DNA of 64,000 nucleotides. Source: Octopus sinensis (lineage: Eukaryota). A program made the position numbers and the translations under genes. Below, piece by piece: positions 53,930 to 64,000 of the stretch (position 1 is the first letter of the stretch; the number at the start of each line of letters is the position of its first letter). The stretch is taken from positions 17,236,001 through 17,300,000 of the forward strand of contig NC_042998.1 of assembly GCF_006345805.1 (NCBI RefSeq), given 5' to 3'. The notes under the pieces were generated by a model, which saw only the letters and a list, made by a program, of their open reading frames with translations, had not been told where the DNA came from and did no database searches.

Positions 53930-54120
53930 TATGCATGAATGTAAGCATGCATGCATGTTCGTATGTATAAATGCATTAATGCATGTATGTATGCATGCAT
54001 TAATGTATGTATGTATACATGTATGTAGACATGTATTAATGCATGTGTGTATGCATGCATTAATGTATGTATGTATACATGTTTGTATGCAGTCATGTAT
54101 TAATGCATGCATTCATGTAT
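53930..54120. repeat. ATGC/ATGT-based minisatellite with a 60 bp period
   Basis: 53971-54030 is repeated at 54031-54090 with few changes. Confidence 0.85.
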
Positions 54121-54462
54121 GCCCAAGAGTATGTATATTATACAGTTTTATCTTTAGATTATTTACCAATGTAGAAAGAGTCAGCTTCTATCAGTGATCC
54201 AAGACTCCGTCTAAGTATTAAAAAATAGCAATGTAAGTTTTGCATATTTGTGCAATATTTGGAGTTAATACATCTTTGTATGCTTTGTTTAATATATTAT
54301 CTCATGCATATAGTAACATGTCTAGATATGGACACATTTTACATATTTTGACAGTTTCCATTATGGGTTATAACTATATTCAAATTATTATATTTCTGCT
54401 TTCTCGTTTCGAAAGGCCTAATATCTCAAAATTGGTACTGATCAGTCCTTTCATATACTAGT

Positions 54463-54632
54463 AGGGGTGGCTGTGTGGTAAGTAGCTTGCTTACCAACCA
54501 CATGGTTCCGGGTTTAGTCCCATTACGTGGCACCTTAGGCAAGTGTCTTCTACTATAGCGTCGGGTCGACCAAAGTCTTGTGAGTGAATTTGGTCGACAG
54601 AAACTGAAAGAAGCCCGTTATATATATATGCA

Positions 54633-54693
<61 letters not shown>

Positions 54694-54907
54694 ATATATA
54701 TGTTTGTGTGTCTGTGTTTGTCCCCGCAACATCGCTTGACAACCTATGATGGTGAGTTTACGTCCCCGTAACATAGCGGTTCGGCAAGGGACCGATAGAA
54801 TAACTACTAGGCTTACAAAGAATAAGTCTTGGGGTTGATTTCCCTCACTAATGGCGGTGCTCCAGCATGGCCACAGTCAAATGACTGAAACAAGTAAAAG
54901 AGTAAAA
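54463..54907 (+). mobile_element. SINE family A
   Basis: GTGGCTGTGTGGTAAG head to GACTGAAACAAGTAAAAGAGTAAAA tail. Confidence 0.9.
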
Positions 54908-55089
54908 CAATAGTAACCCTAATAATTATGGACATAAATCTGAACTTTTAATCAAGGTAGAGCAATTCTGAATTTCTCACCAATTCATCGTACGCCTTTC
55001 TTTTTCGCTGATTTTTAGCTTTCTTTTGATATCGACTTAGCACTTGATTTCCTCTACTGTACATTGTTTCTCTTCCCTGTCATATGTTT

Positions 55090-55340
55090 GGTTTATAATG
55101 TTTCTATTTAGTAGAGGTCTTGATTCAGCAGATTACATCACGATGACATTTTCGGACAACTCGTAATGATCTGGATGGCATTTTTCAGTGTTATCTTCAG
55201 AAAGTTACCATCGCTTATATTACAATGATTTACCCGCACCCTTCCTTATCCGTGCATCGATAATTTGGTGGCTATTTCTTGTTTATTGATTGCAAACGCA
55301 TATCACTCAAAGCGACCGTTAGTGGCTTTTGGTATATGAG
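55090..55340 (-). mobile_element. Decayed RLE-type LINE fragment related to 34085-34870
   Basis: Minus-strand FE*YAFAINKQEIATK and IITSCPKMSS (cf. IISSCLKMSS at ~34138). Confidence 0.55.
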
Positions 55341-57245
55341 ACACTGTTTTGATTATCCTTGAGCTTTCTAATAATATATCTGTTCATGGCGGTTTAATAA
55401 CGTTGCTGAATAGATATGATACAAACATGTATGAATGTGTGTATGTGTGAGTGTGTATGTATGTATATATGTATGTATATATGTATGTGCGTGATCATGC
55501 ATTTATGCATATTTATATATTTGTGTGTATATAAATCCACACAAATATATATGTACCTATAGTATATTAACAAGCGCTTCAAGCTTCTGTGCATTTAGGT
55601 GTGTATGTGTGTGTGAATCTACATTCAAGACTTTTATACTCCATTTACATTCAAATATATTTCTATTGTGTATGAATGCATTATGTGTTTGCCTTAATTA
55701 TATTAGCAAATACCTGCACTAAAGGTTAAAAATTTAAAGATTTGCACTAAAAGTTAAACATTTGTCTATTTGTAAGTATTAGGTTTCTCAAAATTTTTGT
55801 CATTTGATATTTGTGAGGTATTGTAACAAGTGTAATAAGATTGATAATAAAGTGCTTATGTAAGCTTGAATCACATTTTATGTAACTTTATATAACAATC
55901 ACGTGTAATAAAATTTAGCTGAAAATAATACTATAGAACAATAATTCTTTTCATATAATTTATTAGACAGCATACATCATAAATATCGTTACGACACATT
56001 GCAGAAATCTATTTCTAAAAATCCGAGATCTACAACTAATAACGTTGTCACTTAGCTTTATTTCGTTACATTCAATATTGCCCAACAGAAATGTTGAGAC
56101 TAAAGCCGATAAAACTGTTAATGTTGTTCTAATAGTTATTCATTTTAAGTGAAAAGGTATATTTAATATAACTCCATTGTGAAAAGAAATACCTCTTTAA
56201 TCATACAGAAAGAAATCATTAATATTATGTAAAAATATGTTTACAAGGAAATACATCGATCTAATACTGTGGAAATATATTATTACCAGTATAAATGTGC
56301 GTCAGAATGTTTTTATTTGGTTTTCTTTTATTAAAACCTGCTGTATCTGTAATATCGCAAATACAAGATCAAAAACTTCCAGATTAAAATGCATTTCACT
56401 AGGAACATTTTCCCTATTACTTCTGCTATCCTACAATCCAATTAGAGCTTGATGCATATGAGATTTGGAAGTTTCCCAAAAGCCTAAAAGGAATAGCTTG
56501 TTAGCCAAATCAGATATCAAAGAAACCATTCCATATCCGAGGTAAAATCTTGATAAAAGAAACTGTATTCTAGTTCTGGAAGTTTACTTAATCAAATTAT
56601 AAACTTAGATTAGGTTTTCTAATATTTCTCCCTTGATACTTTACTCAATATTATTTTCTTGAATTCCTTAGTAATTTTATTGCTGTCTGTCTTGATTTTT
56701 CCCATTCGATTCTACGATGCTATATATTTTGTCTTTCATTAATATCCAGAAATGTGTTCGATAGGAATATACATATATGCTATATACATATGTCACATAT
56801 GTTCTACGTATTTTATCGTCATAAAAATAAGATCAAAATATATTTTATGCTCAAGAAATCTATATTTGATTAATATTATTCGTAAAACTATTACTGAAAC
56901 CAAGTAGACACAGAGCTGTGACTAGTTTGAAGCAATCTATAAATATTCAGACATAGAGAATTTTAACTCAACACCAAAACATACTTGTCTATATAGTTCA
57001 CATTTGCTAAGTTGCCTATGTACATCTACTTTTTACAAAATAATTAAATTGAAATTATTTCTAGCGTATCAATTTATTCTTTGCGTGTATTCAGTTTCTT
57101 AGAATAAATAATGAGGCAAGAAAATAACAGCTGTATTTCTTGGGAATTGAAAGCATAATTCCGTTTCCTTGGATTACAAGATAAATTGAGTACTTTTGTG
57201 TTTCTTATATATAGATTTATCATCTCGTATACAGAGTGTAAACGA

Positions 57246-57295
57246 ATTTCATTAAGCTTATTGCAAATTCGTTGAAACTGAATTCCTAAGATATA

Positions 57296-57363
<68 letters not shown>

Positions 57364-57408
57364 CTTAGGAATTCAGTTTCAACGAATTTGCAATAAGCTT
57401 AATGAAAT
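57246..57408. repeat. Perfect 45 bp inverted repeat around (TA)n
   Basis: 57246-57290 is the exact reverse complement of 57364-57408. The spacer is (TA)n. Confidence 0.95.
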
Positions 57409-57502
57409 ATATATATATATATATTATATATATATATAACGGGAAGCTTTATGAAAATAAACAAAAGACGAAGGCAGGTGGAAGACAAACGAACAATTGT
57501 AT

Positions 57503-57534
<32 letters not shown>

Positions 57535-59444
57535 TGTATGTATGTATGTATGTATGTATGTATGACTTTTCAGCACTGAATCTTTATTTTATTTCCTGCT
57601 GTGTACCATTGTGCCTACGAAAGAAATTATTTCTTGTTGCAGTTCTCTTGTAGAAATATGTCATCTACTGTTTTCTGTCCACCACTGTTTTTTAGTCTCA
57701 TGACAAACATGTATATCACTGTTCATTGATGGAGATAGCAGCATCTTAAAAAATATTGCAAGCTCAACAAAGCAAGTATCAATAGGCATTGCCATTTTTG
57801 TTTCTTTTTCAATCGATAATGTTCAGCAAATTTGCATATGCTTCTCTTTGACCCTATTTACATAGACATTTTTTTCTGTAATAAAATAAAATTATGGTTT
57901 GAAAATTTGATAATATAAACTATGAAGATTACAAAATGAGATTCTAGATATATGTGAATACAATTGAAACTCATATGTCCTAAACATACCACTCAAAATC
58001 GAATAGGTTCATGAACCACTAACATACATGTGAGGCACCATTGTTTTATATCTGTTCACTATCATGAGTCTTATGTCTTACTTGTAAAAGATACTGGAAA
58101 ATTAAATATTCCAATTTTTATGTTTTTGTCAATTTCAAGTAACAATTGAAAGACGAAAACATACAATAGTATTTTGATTAATTTTGCATAAGATATACGT
58201 TGTTTTGCATTATATTCTTCTTGAACATTTTCCAGTAGGAAACAATTATATTTTCTAATATTAAATAATGCATCGGAGTAATCATACAAATAATCTTTTC
58301 GCTGAAATAAAATTTTTATTCACGTTTTCAAGAAACTCTACGATTACAAAACATGTACAATGCTCGAGGGAATTATGAAGTGGTATTTAAAAGGAGAATA
58401 CAATTTTCCGCTCATTTATTTTAATAGCTATAACTTAATGTTGCTTTTGTATTCGTTTTTTATTTATATTCTGTAAATGAGAAAATATAAATATCAGCAT
58501 AAAATACAAAATATAAATAATAAGCAATGCAATGAGAAAAAAATTCATTCAAATTTTCAATTAATACTTTTTCATCCTATTTTTCTATCTCATTGAAAAT
58601 CTTTTTGTTTATTTCAGAACACGGAAGTCAACTTAATGGGGCCTAAGACAGAAATGAAGATATCTAAAAACTTTAGGCAGTTTCTTTTCAATGACATTCA
58701 TTTGATCTCTATTATTGTTTGATGTATCTGCAACGCTGCTGATGACTAACAATATATAATCAGCGTATTCTTTATTCTTCTCTTTCACTAGTTACAACAT
58801 AATCACAATACGTTATTAATGATAATATTCATAATTATAATGATAATAGAGAAAAAAATCCAAAACAAAAAAAACTGGCAAAATATAATTTCGTAGTAGC
58901 TAAAAAGGCAAAACTGCTGGCGCTGGCATGATGACTGATATAATCATCTTAGCAACAACATAAGTACGAGTGCTTCTGCGTTAAAAAAGAGAAAATGACT
59001 ATCTATGACGACACAGCGAGACATTTTTTTACGCGGTCAGAGGTCTACTACGAATAATAGTTAAATCTCCCAATAATAAAAGAGGTTTTAAGGGGGGAAT
59101 GATTTTGATTATGCGTCTCCAATGTCTGGACATAAATATGGTTAAAGAAAAAAGAAACCCCTGTTTGTATACCTACGGTACTATTTCAAGTCTTTGACCC
59201 TGATTCGTGTCACAATATGGTTTTCACTTAGTTTCATTATACATGGTATGGAGACCTAGTAAATACGCTATTATCGGGAAATCTAAAATCATAGCACTTT
59301 TGCTCGGTATATTCGCCTAGCGTGCATTTTTAATATATAGATTTAATAACTATATTATACAGAAAGTATAACAAGTTCTACAGTGATACAGTTGAATGAT
59401 ATTTGAAAATAAAATTATAAATATAGTAATATTAGCATATACGT

Positions 59445-59572
59445 GAGTTCACATACTATTGAGATCGACTTTGCATTTTATCCTTTCGGGATCTATAAAA
59501 TAAGAACCAGTTGGGGTCGATATATCCGACGCCGAAACTGATGGCCTTGTGCCAAAATTTGAAGCCAATATT
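59445..59572 (+). mobile_element. SINE family B fragment (tail type 2)
   Basis: TCGACTTTGCATTTTATCCTTTCGGGATC...GGGGTCGAT...TGGCCTTGTGCCAAAATTTGAAGCCAAT. Confidence 0.7.
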
Positions 59573-60048
59573 AACATATACTCAAAGTATTTTAACAAGT
59601 TTGATCCCAGCACGCATATTCTTGCTTCTTTATAAGAATTCAAATGATTATCACCATCAGACAGAATAATTGAATTATAAGTTCTGAGTGGGTCTTCTTT
59701 AATATTTAAGAGAAATGCTCTGCATTGGAAGATTCTTAATTTACAGAATTAGCATTCGTATAGAATTTCTTTATTTAAAAGGGAAGCCAAAACAGTTTTT
59801 TTTTCTTTATTAATTTGGATGCCAAATTGTTATCAATCTCAGAACGCCTGTGATTACTCACATGGCAATTATATATTTCATGTCTAGATATGAAAATCTC
59901 GTGTGCAAAAATGAAGTTTGATTTCGATGAAATATAAACAGCATTAAGCATGTTCAAATGTTACTAACATTTAAAGAGAAAGGCATATACTATAAACTGC
60001 AAAGTATCTATAAATACGACTAGTTTAAATAAGATAGTATAGTATAGT

Positions 60049-60108
<60 letters not shown>

Positions 60109-60315
60109 TCCCATTACGCAATGGGGATACAAGAATTGTATGGCAAATTTGGTTATTCCAATAATTTGCATTCAGAGGTGACGAATTTCAGACAAAAAGG
60201 AAAAGAAGAAAACGTCTCATAAAACTGCGTTTATATTTGTTGAATATGATATATAAAATGTTTCTACTTCTTCGAAGCAATGAATGGAGTGCTGTGTCTT
60301 TTCTTTTTTTTCTTT

Positions 60316-60365
<50 letters not shown>

Positions 60366-60484
60366 TGCACACATTAGGAACAGAAAGAACGACCAATCTC
60401 CAAATTTTGGTCAAAATTTTTCAGAGAGGCAGTATCACAAAGAACCTATATTATTGCTGAAGTAATGCTATCTGGAAATAGCTA

Positions 60485-60708
<224 letters not shown>

Positions 60709-61214
60709 ATTTCATTTTACTAATGGCTTACTTCGGAAGCAACTTTCTGATATAGAGAACCATATAATCTTTTAGATAAAACTAGTTTAATGCATAATTT
60801 AGTGTATATGCTTATTTGACCCTTAGAGTCGACAATATTTTCGATGTAAATCTTCATATATAATCTTGACAGTAATGGATCCATGTCTACTGAGAAAGTC
60901 ACATAAGTATATTTAACGAATATTTCCTGCAAATACCGATGCACATTTGAGATTTAAATAGTTTCTTATCACAAATATTAACTTCGCTGCCCTGTTTCAT
61001 TTACATGTAGCCATGATTAATCGTCATGAAAAACAATATTAAATTGAATGGGCATGAGATTGAATTTTAATGAAAGTTACTTTTAATTACATGTAAATAA
61101 AACGAGTTCTATCATTGGTTAAGATTGCGCATTTGTAACAGAAATCATGGTAATAAGGGTAAAGAATTGAAAGGTCGTGAAAATGGGAGGCTAACAGCGG
61201 GGGCTATAAGCAAA

Positions 61215-62209
61215 CATTTCTTTCATTTTCCTAATTAATTCTTTCCTAAGCCTATCTAGAGTGTGCCAGTTGGATCCTCTAGAGATGGTCAGGGCGTCAA
61301 CTTTGTAGATACCAAAAGGACAAGTGGAATTTCTTTTTAAGGGTATCGAGGATATACAGCCCGATGATGTCGCATATATCAGCGCTGGCATTGGCTACAA
61401 TCGCTACGCCCAAACAACACACGGGATCGGATTGACACAGGTCATACTTGACCCAGGTCGAACAGCACTGTTTTCCTGGCATGCACAATAACATATATGT
61501 CCCTGTCGTTAATGTTAGGGAAGCACCTAGTAAAGGAAAGTGCCTTGACCATTAACCCTTTCGATATAGAAGAGTAAAAATCGGCAATCTTTAATTGGGA
61601 GAACCTCGCTATGCCTCTCCCCTTGTTGGTATTAAGCCATACATTAACCTCGTTGGTGGGTCTCCTCATGACGTTGTTGATGCCCTCGGTATATGTTTGA
61701 GTTTCAGACTGATCTTGTATTTGACCGGGTTGATCAGGCGGCATTTGGGATTCGAGGCAAAGTTCGGTTTATGGTCATTTATGATATATTTCTTTGCTGC
61801 CCACAAGGCGCTAAAGATAGAGGGGACAAACAAGGAGAGACAAAGGGATTAATTCGATTACATCGACCCCGGTGCAAAACTGGTACTTTATTTATCGACC
61901 CCGAAAGGATGAAAGGTAAAGTTGACATCAGCGGAATTTGAACTCAGAACGTAACGACAGACGAATTACCGCTAAGCATTTCGCCTGGCGCGCTAACGTG
62001 CCTGCCAGCTCGAGTGTCTAGTTTAATTTTACAGTTGATGTTGTTGTATGTGTGGGTCCGCTATGATATTATGAGTGTGGTTCCAAAAAGCATTGAATAA
62101 GGCAAGTCTCCATCTTTGAAGTTCTCAGCAATAAGATCTTAGATGTAAGCTTTTCTCTACCCTAATGACAGAGGCTCGTCTTATCCAATATTAACTGCGT
62201 CCATACGGC
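61215..62209 (-). mobile_element. Penelope-like element RT remnant (Naiad/Chlamys-type), interrupted by a SINE
   Basis: Minus-strand motifs occur in order: MDAVNIG, NDHKPNFASNPKCRLINP, LKIADFYSSISKGLMVKAL, HARKTVLF, ADICDIIGLYIL, GIYKVDAL (cf. GLYRDDGL), DRLRKELI. Confidence 0.8.
61786..62012 (-). mobile_element. SINE family B (tail type 1) nested in the PLE
   Basis: Reverse complement of the family B consensus. Confidence 0.9.
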
Positions 62210-62345
62210 CTATAGCTCTGTGTAGTATTATTTTCTAACAACATTCTCATAAGTGTGAGTTTCCATCCTATATAGATATCAAGTGCGGACGTGTCTGCAC
62301 AGAATCTGATGTTCTCGTGTAATTGTTTGGGTGTGCAAGTTAGAT

Positions 62346-62848
62346 CGGGTGCGGCAGAATGATAAAATGATCTGACACGTATGTTTAATAAAATTAAAAT
62401 AGAGTAAGGAACGAAAATGCGTTTTTCTTTTCGAAATGTACATACAATGCCATTTTGCTTCAATTGGTGCCATTTGTGACGCTTGATTTCAATTCCTTTT
62501 CAGTTGCCAACAGGGATTGGACGGGAAAGCATTGGTGACATCGGTTGGCCCGCTCTATTTTGAACCCGTACGATTTTTTTTCTGTTGGTATACCTGACAT
62601 CAAAGTTATACATTAATCGCCCTCGATGTATTGAACAACTAAATGATGCCATTCGTCAAAGAAATGCTACTATCCAACATGAAATTACTTTCGTGAACGC
62701 CTACGACAGTTTGACTGATATTTAATTTTTAAACCTAAACGAAAAAATCCTATTATATGTACATTTCGAATATAAAAATACATCTTCCATTTTTTGACTC
62801 CATTCTTCATTTATTAACAAATATGTCAGATCATTTTGCCGCACTCTG
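62346..62848 (+). mobile_element. Internally deleted Tc1/mariner element (DD37D/DD41D-like) with long imperfect TIRs
   Basis: WPARSILNPYDFFLLVYLTSKLYINRP resembles WP.RSPDLNP.DFFLWGYLK.KVY. The ends CGGGTGCGGCAG..ATGATCTGACA..TTCGAAATGTACATA match the reverse complement of 62757-62848. TA at 62849. Confidence 0.8.
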
Positions 62849-62904
<56 letters not shown>

Positions 62905-63268
62905 CATGTTTGTATATAGGGGGAGAGAGATACAGAGGGAGAAAGAGGTAATTAGGCGGATAAGCAACTTAGATACATCAGATATATTAAATATATCACA
63001 TATATAATGTATATTAATTTGGATACGAAATACCATATAGAGAGAAATACCATGCAAAACGTGAGAAAGCAAAAGGTGCAGACTTTCGGATGATGAGTTT
63101 TTAAGTATAAGAATATAGATGTTTATGTTAATAGGTCCAACTTACACAGAGCACAAACGACAGAGAAAATTAAAGGGGTGGAAGGAAGGTGCTATAAGTC
63201 CAATTGCTGTTTCTGGGTGCTCGATGATCTATAATAATGTTGATAGATTTAGTTTATAACAATATGCA

Positions 63269-63394
63269 GCCGTATGGACGCAGTTAATATTGGATAAGAC
63301 GAGGTTCTGTCATTAAGGTAGAGAAGAGCTTACATCTAAGATCTTAATACAGAGAACTTCAAAGGTGGAGACTTGTTATATTCAATGTATTTTG
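63269..63394 (+). repeat. Inverted second copy of the PLE 5' coding start
   Basis: GCCGTATGGACGCAGTTAATATTGGATAAGACGAG...ATTCAATG is the reverse complement of 62085-62209. Confidence 0.85.
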
Positions 63395-64000
63395 TAAGGT
63401 GGTATGATTTTTATTGTCGAAAATTATTTTTAACCATCTTATAAAGAAAAATTTAAATAATTAACTATTAAACGCGAATTCAGTTCTGTTTTTAACATGC
63501 TGATATATACATATATTTATGCATGCATACAAACATGGTAGATATCACCATTATCATAAACCGTCCAAACAAGTCGGTAATATGTTACCTTCCAAGGAGA
63601 CAAGGCTTTTTTTCTTCAAGCAGTCAACAACACTACACAAAGAAAGATCTGTCCTGGTGGCCGTATCAGATGCAAAACAGAAAAAAAGTAGATTTATGCA
63701 GCTTTAAGATCTAAAGAATAATTGTGGAGCATTTGAATTAAAGAAACTAGCCACTGTAAAGTCTATAAGTAATATATTCTTCTATGTGACAGGAAAAAGA
63801 ACATATAGCGTTGAAGAGCTCAGCTACACGGCAGATGTGAATGTCACGTGAGAAATTTTACATCCAAATACATAGATTTTCACCTGTACCAATTATCATA
63901 GTTTTGTAGCTACACCTTGTTAAGTAACATCAGCGTTGAATAAAAGTATAGAAATGCTAGAGGCTACGAAGAAAAAAAACTAGGAAACTGATTTACATTC

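Noticed and set aside
63588-63709. Minus-strand coding exon bounded by AG/GT
   Set aside because: Stops in all three frames.

Overview
This is AT-rich, microsatellite-dense animal genomic DNA (intronic or intergenic). No intact protein-coding gene, rRNA, true tRNA or CRISPR array is recognisable. The tRNA-derived SINE families resemble the published octopus OK/OR1/OR2 SINEs, so a cephalopod source (probably Octopus) is inferred from recall, not from a search. Nearly all listed ORFs are microsatellite or transposon artefacts. Content: (1) more than 20 tRNA-derived SINE copies in four families; (2) a ~6.3 kb co-oriented train (42820-49168) of five R4/Dong-type restriction-like-endonuclease (RLE) retrotransposon pieces plus one non-coding 556 bp unit, separated by (AAT)n tracts; (3) one full-length and two deleted Tc1/mariner elements; (4) Penelope-like element (PLE) remnants, including a Naiad-type RT and several decayed hammerhead motifs, most lying near (TA)n; (5) old CR1/L2-, RTE- and hAT-like fragments; (6) several long fold-back palindromes. 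I see no clearly new biological system. The best leads are the AAT-targeted train with its non-coding passenger, a SINE/LINE shared 3' tail with tail swapping, and the fold-backs. All alignments were done by eye, so boundaries are approximate.
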